64,000 bases of DNA from Candidatus Bathyarchaeota archaeon. Its GTDB lineage: Archaea; Thermoproteota; Bathyarchaeia; Bathyarchaeales; Bathycorpusculaceae. A model generated the notes under the pieces. It made no database searches. It was not told where the DNA came from and worked only from the letters and a program-made list of their open reading frames with translations. Position 1 is the stretch's first letter. Each line of letters opens with the position of its first letter. This document shows, in pieces, positions 33,610 to 42,919 of the stretch. Where the stretch lies: the NCBI GenBank assembly GCA_963811105.1, contig CAWEPZ010000011.1, positions 704,001 through 768,000 on the forward strand, read 5' to 3'. The translations under genes were made by a program, and so were the position numbers.

Positions 33610-34892
33610 CTGACTGTTTGCGTTTTCATGTTAGTTTGTGTTTATGAGTCTTAGTAGGCTTCGTGTCGATTGATTTGCATTCCGCAACTTATGTATGAAA
33701 AGGTGCATAGTTTTTCTGCGTATCCACTCAACTATTGACTCAAAGGAAAACAAACTCTTCAAAATAGAATACCTAAGAAGTCTACGCCTCAAAACGTCAA
33801 GGAGAGTATAAGCCAGAGTGACTAGGTGCGCGTGTATAAGCGCCGCTTCGCTCGCCCTAAACCTATACTCCCCAAAACCTAAGGCTTTAGCCCCCTTATA
33901 GAAGTCTTCTATCCGATGCCTCTCTAAAGCATGACCCAAAATCACTTCAACACTGCAACCCACCAAATCGGTGCAGAGAAAATGAACATCCCCAGTGCCT
34001 GCCTTAACATTCATCACAATTGAAGAATAGCCCATCTTAGGCAAGAATACATCAGCCTTAACGGCAGAATAAACCTCGCCGTTAACTACAACATCAAAGA
34101 AACCGCCCTCTGAACGCATTTTATCGAAGAGCTCATCTATTCGGTATCTCTTTTCCTTGTAAAACACGATTCTATTGCTCTTAATTTCGCCTATCCAGCT
34201 ATATCCATCTGCTTTGCACTTGGAAGCCATCTCTTGGCAGGTGAACCAGGAATCCCACAGCCAAATTGTCTTCTTCGCCAGTGGAGTGTGCTCATCTATG
34301 ATGTCGCATGCTAACTGCAGCCTCGTCTTAAACTCAATTCCTTTCTCGCTGCATTTCTTTTGGTTGCCATACAGTTTCAAGCCGTCAGGAACTGCCACAT
34401 TGTTGTTTACGTAGAGTGATGTGACGTAGTCGTGACTCAGTACTGTTCCCATGGTTGAGGAGTGATTGTAGCAGACCATCTCTGTGTTTTGACTGTACTT
34501 GCGGCATACTGTGTCGTCGATGATCTTGTACTCAAATGAGTTGTCTATGTTTGCTTCGCTCAAAAGGATGTTCTTGGCTTGGTTGGCTACGGCTTTGATG
34601 TTCCATTTTGGGTTGGTTATGAATCGGTTTAGGCTGCTTTGGTCTTTTCTGTCGATGAAGAGTTCATTGACGCTCTTAACGTCGTGTTCTCCGTTTCCAG
34701 CTACCATCAGGCCTAGCTCGCTTCGGCAGAAATTCTCGTACTGTGGTTTGCTGAAGAATTTCTTGAATTTTGAGAAAAGGTTCTTAATCCTGCGGGGTAC
34801 GCCCGCTATAAAGCCAAACATGAACTACAATATGTAATCCGCTCAAGAAATAAGCGTTGGACACAAAACAAGCCAAAAACGCAAACACTCAG
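33610..34892 (-). mobile_element. IS701-family insertion sequence, 1283 bp
   Basis: 17-bp terminal inverted repeats CTGA(C/G)TGTTTGCGTTTT (1 mismatch); TTAA target duplication at 33606-33609 and 34893-34896. Confidence 0.9.
33631..34821 (-). CDS. IS701-family DDE transposase
   Basis: QSSLNRF, IIDDT, WDSWF, RHRIEDFYKGAK..LGF motifs; intact ORF inside the inverted repeats. Confidence 0.9.
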   Translation of the reverse strand: MFGFIAGVPRRIKNLFSKFKKFFSKPQYENFCRSELGLMVAGNGEHDVKSVNELFIDRKDQSSLNRFITNPKWNIKAVANQAKNILLSEANIDNSFEYKIIDDTVCRKYSQNTEMVCYNHSSTMGTVLSHDYVTSLYVNNNVAVPDGLKLYGNQKKCSEKGIEFKTRLQLACDIIDEHTPLAKKTIWLWDSWFTCQEMASKCKADGYSWIGEIKSNRIVFYKEKRYRIDELFDKMRSEGGFFDVVVNGEVYSAVKADVFLPKMGYSSIVMNVKAGTGDVHFLCTDLVGCSVEVILGHALERHRIEDFYKGAKALGFGEYRFRASEAALIHAHLVTLAYTLLDVLRRRLLRYSILKSLFSFESIVEWIRRKTMHLFIHKLRNANQSTRSLLRLINTN

Positions 34893-35220
34893 TTAACTTC
34901 AGTATTTTGTTTGCGGTTACACCAATCATCGGCATCATCCGATAAAAAACGATAAACATGCAAACTATTGCCAGCGTAGATTCGGCGTCCTTCAAACATT
35001 TCTGTTTTTTTACTAAAGGGGTGTCTCTTTACTTCTGCTATCTCGTCTTGTAAAGCTGCCTGTAGCTCGGTTATCAAAGCGTTCTTGTCAGTGGAACCAG
35101 CTGTAGCACTCCAGCCAATATTAGAGGCTCTATGTTGCTGAGAGGTCAAGCATTTGACTCCAACTATAGATTATTCTTTGACAATAAAATGCTTTACGAA
35201 CTTTAGATTCACTCAATTAA

Positions 35221-35280
35221 AAAAAAGAGAAGGCGCGGGTGATATCTCCACTTTAGAGGGGGTTCAACTCCAACCTCCTA
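35221..35280 (+). repeat. Island repeat copy 1
   Basis: aaaaaagagaaggcgc-GGGTGATATCTCCAC-tttagagGGGG-TTCAACT-CCaacctc. Confidence 0.75.
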
Positions 35281-35792
35281 CATTTTTATAAGTGAAAAGT
35301 GTGCGCTTCAAGTCAGGTGAATATAGATTAGATGGTGACTGCTGAAAATCTGTCCCTGTTCAAAAACCAAGTGTGTTCGACATGGGAAATGTGAAGAATG
35401 CACACAATATCACTCAGAAAAAGGCAAACTACCCTTCTGCAAAAGAACAAAAACTTCTTTGCTTGGGTTTCTGAAGAAAACGCAAGCTTAGAATTTGAAC
35501 AGATTTCTTTGATTGGATTTTTAAGAAGAATTTAAACCAAAATCTAAACGAATACCTTGTTAAACCGTCTCGTATGAATCGCACGGTAGCTTTCTTAATG
35601 CTTATGTTTAATACAACGGAGGTGTACGAAATGTCTCAAGCCAGTTAGCGCTTTGCATTAGTTTGCAGAAAGCTGACAGAAAAGAGCAAGGTGCTAACAA
35701 GATATTTTTTATTAAGGCTTAATGAAGCGCGCTGGGTGAGCCGACATCTATTTAACTCTATAACAAACAAGTAATCGAATTGGTGAAAAGAA

Positions 35793-36071
35793 GTGAGCAA
35801 GGTTGAGAACGGGTTAAAAGAAAAGATTGAGGAAATAATCAGGCAGAAGGCAGAATCATCTGTAACAGATGAGCTTTCAGACTCAGAACACGGGTATGTA
35901 GATGCTCTGATATGGCTTAAAGAAGGCTCAATCGAGCTAACTAATGAAGGCATTGGAAAAGAAATTGTGGAGCGAACCTATGCGGACAAAGACTCGAGCA
36001 AAGAATACTGCGATGGCTACGACTCTGCACTTAAACAGGTATTAAAAATGATAGTTGAATTGAAAAAATAG
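35793..36071 (+). CDS. Hypothetical acidic protein
   Basis: 92-aa ORF with GGTGA upstream; internal GY-x-D/S-AL duplication (GYVDAL, GYDSAL). Confidence 0.55.
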   Translation: MSKVENGLKEKIEEIIRQKAESSVTDELSDSEHGYVDALIWLKEGSIELTNEGIGKEIVERTYADKDSSKEYCDGYDSALKQVLKMIVELKK

Positions 36072-36213
36072 TATATTCTAAGCGAATCACATTGAAATTT
36101 ACTAACTAAATCGCATTAATGCCCTTATTTAAAAACTGGAGCGTCAAACTGTTTAAACAAAAAAAGGGAAACGCACGCTTTGGGTGTTAAACGTTTTTTT
36201 GCTTATCGATTCC

Positions 36214-36290
36214 AAAAAAAGAGGGTTTGAGGGTGATTTCTCCACCTGACTGGGGTTCAAGTCCCAACTATCGGATTCAAGTTCCGATTA
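36214..36290 (+). repeat. Island repeat copy 2 (two T-loop hairpins in tandem)
   Basis: aaaaaaagagggtttga-GGGTGATTTCTCCAC-ctgactGGGG-TTCAAGT-CCC, then atcgga-TTCAAGT-tccgat. Confidence 0.75.
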
Positions 36291-36313
36291 CACAGAAATT
36301 TCTTTGAGCTTCC

Positions 36314-37066
36314 TCATTGACCAACAGTTTTGACTTTGCGGAAGTTAACGAGAACTAACGCTAACGCTGAAAGTCCTGCCCCTGCACCGCCGAAAACAGC
36401 CATAATAAGACTAGTGTTTTCTGTTTGATTTGGAGGAATGTAAGTAACATCTGGATTAACTGTCGGAGCAGCCCCTTCGGTAATGTTTGCATTGATGCTC
36501 ATGGCGCCCCGAGTATCGGGTTGTATGCCCCATCCGTTATTAAATGGATTGCTGAAACTCCCATAGTCATTGTTGTTGTGGATTCGAACACCAGTGCCGC
36601 TTGTTACACTGACCGTTAAGTAATCATCTGAGCAAACGGCTAATGCATATTGACGGCCAATAGTTACAGGAACAGGAGAAGGCAAGTGGAAAGTTACCCA
36701 ATTCATTGACGTTGAAACGTAAGTTTTAGTTGAGGTCCCAAGCAAAGCGCCAGGGTTTCCTGCTGAATCAGTGGCGTAGATTGCGGTCATAACGTTTCCT
36801 GGCGTATTAACCCGAGCGGCCATTGCTGTTATAGAAACCACAGTTCCAGATTCTTGAGCCGTAAAAACGGATGCAGATTTGTAATTAGCATCATTAACAT
36901 CGGTGAAATCGCCAGGTGTTGAAATGCCTAAGTGTGTATTGCCAACGCTTAAAAGGGAAACTTGCCCTAAAGAACCGCTTACACCTATCAAAAACACTAC
37001 TGCACAAACCATGTATATTACGGTGAACACCAAGTTAGTGACGTTCTTTTTATTTTTTGAATCCAA
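36314..37066 (-). CDS. Hypothetical surface protein (N- and C-terminal TM, beta-rich middle)
   Basis: Hydrophobic termini; ...AIYATDSAGNPGALLGTS... beta-sandwich-like core. Confidence 0.65.
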   Translation of the reverse strand: MDSKNKKNVTNLVFTVIYMVCAVVFLIGVSGSLGQVSLLSVGNTHLGISTPGDFTDVNDANYKSASVFTAQESGTVVSITAMAARVNTPGNVMTAIYATDSAGNPGALLGTSTKTYVSTSMNWVTFHLPSPVPVTIGRQYALAVCSDDYLTVSVTSGTGVRIHNNNDYGSFSNPFNNGWGIQPDTRGAMSINANITEGAAPTVNPDVTYIPPNQTENTSLIMAVFGGAGAGLSALALVLVNFRKVKTVGQ

Positions 37067-37184
37067 TATTAATACTCTTCAATTAGAAAAAAGAGGACGG
37101 TATTTAAACTTAAGCGGAAGATTCTCGTGCCCTCATGACCCGGCGAAGAAGAACAGGACGACAACAGCGAAGGTGCGACAGTTG

Positions 37185-37310
37185 AAAAAGCCTTGGGCGC
37201 CTTCAAATTAGGTAACGTATTCAAAGCCTGCTTCGACTAAGCTGCAGATTTCCTTTTCTGTCTTGGCGACTTTGACATGTATTTTGTTTCGACTTGGAAT
37301 AATGCTTCTT
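37185..37310 (-). pseudogene. Tyrosine integrase C-terminal relic 2
   Basis: EALFQVETKYM/KVAKTEKEICSLVEAGFEYVT*FEGA; shares acgtattcaaagcctgcttc with relic 1. Confidence 0.65.
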
Positions 37311-37470
37311 TGCCTCAACGCATAATGGCAAACTTGCTGAACTTGACACGCTTTGTTAAGTTGAGTTTTCAAAAACAGCTAAAGTTGACAATTAACGTTA
37401 TTGAGTTTTTCAAAAAACTATATAATAATTCGTGCGATAAGAGGAATCAGCAAGAGACAGCGAGCGTTAT

Positions 37471-37704
37471 TTGGAGATAGAGAGAATGCAAACTGAAGAA
37501 TTAGCGTGTATAGCAAAGAAAGTAAGAAACACTTTGCCTAACGTGGAATCGTTTCCAATTGCGACAATCTATACCACAATCAAAGAGCAAGAGAAAACGA
37601 ACATGAATTTACCAGACTTTAAAGAATTAATTTATCATCTTACTGGCTGGGACATATCATTCCAAGTTATACGCAGACAACTTGAAATAAACCAGATAGT
37701 ATAG
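37471..37704 (+). CDS. Hypothetical protein
   Basis: 77-aa ORF; no recognisable motif. Confidence 0.4.
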   Translation: MEIERMQTEELACIAKKVRNTLPNVESFPIATIYTTIKEQEKTNMNLPDFKELIYHLTGWDISFQVIRRQLEINQIV

Positions 37705-37790
37705 TGAGAGCCTGCGTTAGGTTGGGTGTTAGTCGATTTCCTTGTCGTCCAAAATTGTCGAAGTAATACAAAGGATTAGTTCAGATTAAA

Positions 37791-37857
37791 GAAAAAAGAA
37801 GAGGAATCACGGGTGCTATCTCCACTCTGGAAGGAGTTCAATTCCCATTCCAACTCC
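37791..37857 (+). repeat. Island repeat copy 3
   Basis: gaaaaaagaagaggaatcac-GGGTGCTATCTCCAC-tctggaaGGAG-TTCAATT-CCCattcca. Confidence 0.72.
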
Positions 37858-37899
37858 AATGCTTCTTAATCCCTCACCAACCGCTGTTTAGCTTCAACG

Positions 37900-38700
37900 T
37901 TATGATAAAGCTGTTTTGAAGAAATCAGCCAAGTCAACAGTCTCAATTTCCGAACCACAATGCTCACAGGTTTTTAATGATTTCAAAGATGTCTTATCGT
38001 TAATCTTTAATGTTCCATTACAGTGTGGACAACGATACACCGCAACTATTCCACCATCCTTAATCTGTTTAAGCAACTCATTAAGGTTAAAGGAAACCTC
38101 TGTTCGTTTTACTATCATCTGTTTATCTTTTTCTCTAAGCGATTTGGCTTTTTCATACATTTTCAGTTGTTTCTCGTAGATTTTAGCAGCATCCAGAGGT
38201 CTGCCACATTTTTCAAGATTAAAAGCAAGAGCAGAATACCCACGCTTAACGAAATCCCCAATATCATGCCCACATTCGGAATCAAGCAAACCATTGTCAC
38301 CCAAATCTACGAGTATAGCACGATAATCCTTTGTATCGTTTGCAATAGCCCAACTAATCAAGTTTTTTGCCTCTTGACTAATCTTACTATCTAATGCATT
38401 GAGAACTGCAGAATAAAACAGGCTTCGAAGATTCTCACCAAACTCTTCGATGTCAGTTCCAATATCCTCTAATGGATAATCCATGACTATTTGCCAAAAT
38501 CTTTCGCTGCAAAACTCAGAACAGAAACTTAGCAATAGATATTCAGCCTCTTTTTCTTCAGTTTCCATTGTGCTCTTGACTGAAAGCCAACCGATCCACT
38601 CAGGCAAACACTTTTTGCACGTAACTTTGCCACACCAATCACATTTTTCAGATGGAGTAGAGAGCAAGTAAGATGCTCCACAATTTGGACATTTACCCAT
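37900..38700 (-). CDS. Multi zinc-ribbon hypothetical protein
   Basis: CPNC, CDWC/CKKC, CSEFC, and C-terminal CPHC...CEHC; start taken at MGKC (38700). Confidence 0.7.
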   Translation of the reverse strand: MGKCPNCGASYLLSTPSEKCDWCGKVTCKKCLPEWIGWLSVKSTMETEEKEAEYLLLSFCSEFCSERFWQIVMDYPLEDIGTDIEEFGENLRSLFYSAVLNALDSKISQEAKNLISWAIANDTKDYRAILVDLGDNGLLDSECGHDIGDFVKRGYSALAFNLEKCGRPLDAAKIYEKQLKMYEKAKSLREKDKQMIVKRTEVSFNLNELLKQIKDGGIVAVYRCPHCNGTLKINDKTSLKSLKTCEHCGSEIETVDLADFFKTALS

Positions 38701-38890
38701 TATAGCACCAGCAGGCAATAAGAAATAACATTGTAGTTCACAATTTATAAAACCTCTCGGTATGCATTTCTCCAAAAAAACTAATTCAGATATCCGATAT
38801 TTCGGAGAAGTTTATTACAGCTCAAGTAGATGCTAAAATTGCTTTAAAGAATTTTGCAGACTCTAGAAAAAGAAAGAGAGAATGTTTTTG

Positions 38891-41395
38891 CTATTGCTTC
38901 TTGCGTAATGTAATCATCAATAGAGCGCCCACAACGGCAACTGCGATTATTACAGCTATGACCCCAGCTACAATTGTCATTGTGTAATCAGGTATTTCTT
39001 GCAAAGGTGCCGTTGTTGAAGTTGCTGTTGGTGTCGATGCTACTGATATTGCGGTTGTTGCTGAAGAGCTACTGTAGGAATCATCGCCAGCGAAGGAAGC
39101 TATAATCTTGTAGTCTCCTTCAATTGGTGGAGTCCATGACTTGCTAAATGTTCCGTAGTAACCATCAGTTGTAACAGTTCCTATGTTTTCATAGTTGCCG
39201 TTTGAATCAAGTGCTGTCAGTGTTACTGGAACGCCAGTTATTGTTAGGTTGTGGTCAAGTCCGTCAATTGGGTGCTGGAAGTGCAGGTACTCCATTTGTA
39301 CTGTCATTGAGTCTCTTGAGACGCAAGGTGTGTCTGTTTGAGCGGGAGACTGATCCAATACTGTTCCCTGAATCATCGTAGCTCCTTGTGAAACGATTGC
39401 GGGATTTGCAGTTACTGTAGTAGCGCTAAGACCCTTGCCGGCTACATACAAATAACCGGTGTATACACTGTCGAAGGTAAGGTAGCCGTCTGCGATTGCT
39501 CCAGAGTTGCCTCGACTGGTTATGTTCCATATTTGTTGCCCTGTTGTTGCGTTTACAGCATACATCGTCCATCCTCTTGCGAGAGGTGATGTGGGCGAAT
39601 GTTCACCGTTTGAAATAAATAGCTTACCATCTGCAATCTGCGGGTTGGCTCCAAAGAAAGCCATCGATGGGTACCACGGTGACTCGAATGGTCTGCAAGG
39701 TGCTTCAAAATGCCAAGCTATTTTGCCTGTGTCCCAGTCAATCGCGTACAGGCCTGCGTAGGTGAAGTCATAAAGTAGACCGTAAGCAGAAGCTGTTGTA
39801 TAAGCTCCGAACACTCCCCAGGGCCAAGATGCTGCCTCACTCTTCCAAAGCTGTTTTCCTGACAATGAATCCCAGCAATACCAAAATCCGTTATCAAATC
39901 GAACAGCAAATTTTCCATGGTCAGCGCATGCAGTGCTTCCACTAAAGATTGGATAGCCAACGCCTGATGAGATGTTCCATAGCAGATTTCCTGTCGTTAA
40001 ACTTGCCGCTTGTATGTAGACGTCAGTTGAAATTCCTGTGGCATTAGGCGATATGGAAATTGTAGTAACTGAGACGCCTGCTTCAAAATCGCAAGTGCCT
40101 AAGCTGCTGAATGGAAATGTTATGTTACTTACTATTCTAGATTTTAGGTCGGTAGCAGTTCCGGCAGTTGTCCAGTTGACTAGGTAATATTTGGTGTTTG
40201 CTCCAGTACCTATCGTCTGAACGCTTAAGGCGAGTTCGTTAGAGTAGTAAGTCGCGGAAGTCAATGGGGAAGTAGACATATTTAACGCGATAGCTCCTGT
40301 GAATGGATCGATCTTTATTAGCCTACCATTGCTGATTACTATGAGCTGCGGGGGGGTTACGCCTGCTGAAGATTGTGTGGCTCCTGGAATGACAGGGGTT
40401 CTAAAGCTTGTGTCGATTCCTGTTGGTGCAGGTACATTTGTTAAGTCCCAATATATCTCGCCGGTGCGCAAGTCGTAGCATTCTAGAACGCTCGTAGCGA
40501 CGCTTTGTTCAGTACCGTTAACTGTTTGCATCATTGGTTTTGTGATTGCTTGATAAGCCCGTCCTTGGAAGATTACGCTTGGTGTTCCCGCATACCCGCC
40601 TTCTCCGCTTCCAATGATCATCGATCCGAATTGCCCTCCGATAATTCCCGCTAAAGAACCTTGCCGTTTCCAAAGAATATGTGCAGTGTTTGGTGCTTGG
40701 ACGTATGGGGTGAATTTGTAGTTGCTTGCATATGTGTTGGTGTCCGCTGGCCAGTCAGGTCCTCCTCCTTGTCCCGAGAAGGGGTAGTTTCCTCCAATGA
40801 CATACCATTCTCTGTTTTCAGGAGTTATTGGTCTTGTCCAGTAACCTGTTGGGAGTGCTGACCATGGCCATGACATTACAGGTTGTTGCTGCACTGTTAA
40901 TTCTACGTCTTCAGAAGTGGAAGGCTTGTAGTAAGCTGAGCCCAGATACGTACTACCGGCTACTGGAGTATCATATACTAATCCTTGAAGGTAGTATCCA
41001 GCTGGGAAGTAGTTTCCAGCGAAGAAGAACTTTATTTTCCATGTCCCGACTTGATCTACGATATAATTAAACCACGCTGTCGTGTCACCTTGATAAGAGT
41101 TCATTGGTCCAACTGTGTCTACGGTTCCATCTGGTTTTGTTAGTGTGACTGTGAAGCCTGATTGAGCTCTTGTTACGTGAACTGCGGGTTGAAGCCAGAT
41201 GTTGATGAGCGCTGTTTGGCCGACACCTATGGGATTAGGACTGACGCTTAGATAAGCAATTGTGTCTACTGACGCACTAGGAGTAACACCGGCTGGTAAT
41301 GGTCCGCCTGTTACAGTTTGTTTTGGGCTTCCTTCAGCAACCTGCCCCATAACAGGGTGGATTGTTGGTGCAAGAGTAGTTATCACTAGGATCAA
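38891..41395 (-). CDS. Surface-anchored PQQ-like beta-propeller repeat protein
   Basis: YLSVSPNPIGVGQ, LPTGYWTRPI, repeated TGxxxW blades, C-terminal PDYTMTIV-TM-RKK. The start codon is unclear. Confidence 0.82.
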   Translation of the reverse strand: MILVITTLAPTIHPVMGQVAEGSPKQTVTGGPLPAGVTPSASVDTIAYLSVSPNPIGVGQTALINIWLQPAVHVTRAQSGFTVTLTKPDGTVDTVGPMNSYQGDTTAWFNYIVDQVGTWKIKFFFAGNYFPAGYYLQGLVYDTPVAGSTYLGSAYYKPSTSEDVELTVQQQPVMSWPWSALPTGYWTRPITPENREWYVIGGNYPFSGQGGGPDWPADTNTYASNYKFTPYVQAPNTAHILWKRQGSLAGIIGGQFGSMIIGSGEGGYAGTPSVIFQGRAYQAITKPMMQTVNGTEQSVATSVLECYDLRTGEIYWDLTNVPAPTGIDTSFRTPVIPGATQSSAGVTPPQLIVISNGRLIKIDPFTGAIALNMSTSPLTSATYYSNELALSVQTIGTGANTKYYLVNWTTAGTATDLKSRIVSNITFPFSSLGTCDFEAGVSVTTISISPNATGISTDVYIQAASLTTGNLLWNISSGVGYPIFSGSTACADHGKFAVRFDNGFWYCWDSLSGKQLWKSEAASWPWGVFGAYTTASAYGLLYDFTYAGLYAIDWDTGKIAWHFEAPCRPFESPWYPSMAFFGANPQIADGKLFISNGEHSPTSPLARGWTMYAVNATTGQQIWNITSRGNSGAIADGYLTFDSVYTGYLYVAGKGLSATTVTANPAIVSQGATMIQGTVLDQSPAQTDTPCVSRDSMTVQMEYLHFQHPIDGLDHNLTITGVPVTLTALDSNGNYENIGTVTTDGYYGTFSKSWTPPIEGDYKIIASFAGDDSYSSSSATTAISVASTPTATSTTAPLQEIPDYTMTIVAGVIAVIIAVAVVGALLMITLRKKQ

Positions 41396-41701
41396 AGCAA
41401 TTGCTAAAGTTACATATCGTTTGATTTTTTGCGTTTTGGTATTTCTCCTTTTTGTTGTGAAAATCTTACCGAAGAAAGCACTTCGCTTTTTACGATAAGC
41501 ATTTTGCTAAACAAGCCTATAACATCTATCAACTTATAAGACTAAGTGGAAAGTGACCGCTGACGACAAAGCGGTTAGTGATGGAGGTTTAAATTGGAAT
41601 TATTCGATAAACTAAGAGAATGCCGAGGCTTGCGTCAACAAACCTTGAATGTGCATTAGCTCCAAACCATTTTCAACATTTTAGAAACACCCTGAGCTTG
41701 A

Positions 41702-42409
41702 TCATGTGATTTTAAAGTAAACACGTTTGTTGTTTTTCCCTTTATTTTCAGCTCTTACCAATTCTATTTTACCCACTTCTTGAAGACTGCGCACATGAGT
41801 ACCTCCATCAGCTTGCCTATCCACACCGACTATTTCCACAACGCGAAGTAACGGAATATCAGGTGGCAAAGCTTCCGCCATCTTAATTATACCCGGGATT
41901 TTCATCGCTTCCACTTTCGGCAACTCGTACCATTTTACAGGAATATCCTTGCTGAGGAGCTCATTCGCCTTAGTGACATATTGGTCTAAGATTTGCTTGT
42001 CGAAGTTTTCAAAGTTAAAATCAAAACGGATACAGTCTTCATCAAGCTGATTGCCAGTGACAAGAGCACCAGTTCCGACGCATAAAAGTGAGGCAAACAA
42101 ATGAGCAGCTGTATGACTCCGCATAAGTTTGTACCTTCGTTCCCAGTCTAGGACGCAGCGAACTCTGTCCCCATTTTTAAGACCTGCTCGATCTACCTCG
42201 TGAGAAATCTCTCCCGAAAACTTTCCCACAAAAACCACATCATAACTTTCATTATCCTTAACAATTTTGCCAGTATCCCAAGGTTGACCTCCTCCTTTGG
42301 GGTAAAAAATGGTTTGATCAAGGACTACGTATTTTTGGTCCTTAACAGAAACTACAACGGCGTCGCACTCTTTGAGATAACTGTCGTTTAAAAACAACAT
42401 TTTTGTCAA
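41702..42409 (-). CDS. alaXM: Alanyl-tRNA editing protein AlaX-M
   Basis: LDQTIFYPKGGGQPWDTG, MRSHTAAH, QADGGTHV, KGKNNKRVYF; start at TTG 42409 or ATG 42400. Confidence 0.9.
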   Translation of the reverse strand: MTKMLFLNDSYLKECDAVVVSVKDQKYVVLDQTIFYPKGGGQPWDTGKIVKDNESYDVVFVGKFSGEISHEVDRAGLKNGDRVRCVLDWERRYKLMRSHTAAHLFASLLCVGTGALVTGNQLDEDCIRFDFNFENFDKQILDQYVTKANELLSKDIPVKWYELPKVEAMKIPGIIKMAEALPPDIPLLRVVEIVGVDRQADGGTHVRSLQEVGKIELVRAENKGKNNKRVYFKIT

Positions 42410-42680
42410 CAAGAAGGCTGCCTCATTAATACAATCATATATTCTATTTATGATCAAAAGTCTATATTTGTTTATTTTACCTAAAAAAACTATTGTCGAA
42501 CAGCACCCGCTAAAGACTTGCATAACGAAATTACTAGTATTTTCCTGGTTCGAAAGATTCATATCCTGAATTATCATGGCGAAAAAGATTATCTGGACTT
42601 ATTTTTTCCGTGTATAAAAGGAAAAAGTTACAAGATATCTTGGGAAAATCTATTCTAAGGTGAAATATCAAAGATTATGA

Positions 42681-42740
42681 AGGAAAAAGAAGAAGTTGCG
42701 GGTTACATCTCCACTTCGACATGGGTTCAATTCCAGTCTA
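42681..42740 (+). repeat. Island repeat copy 4
   Basis: aggaaaaagaagaagttgc-GGGTTACATCTCCAC-ttcgacatGGG-TTCAATT-CCagtc. Confidence 0.72.
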
Positions 42741-42919
42741 CACTAAAATTGTAAAGGAGTGCGTTCTTTATACCTATTATTGGCCGTGAACCTATCATGC
42801 CAGCCGGTGATAGAAGGAAGTCTTATAGGGTAAGATAACCTTTATTTTTTGACGGCCCTTTCTTGATTTAGCGATAAAAAAGCCGATTCTAAAGATAACT
42901 CCAAGGCGTTGCAGTAAAT

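Larger units (their letters stand above)
30214..35149 (-). pseudogene. Upf1/DNA2-like SF1 helicase-coiled coil-phospholipase D (HKD) fusion, broken by an IS and about 4 frameshifts
   Basis: WGPPGTGKT, IIDEAS, GDFRQL, QFRMHP, IVTPYKAQ, TVHRFQGNE, RLINVAISRA, then HFKIALVD...GSLN. Removing the IS rejoins NTEV|NLNIDGEEIFG in frame. Confidence 0.85.

Noticed and set aside
35631-35774. Short frame with GGAGGTG RBS and an in-frame TAG at codon 6 as pyrrolysine readthrough
   Set aside because: No recognisable product and no pyl genes in the window; more likely a decayed or spurious ORF.
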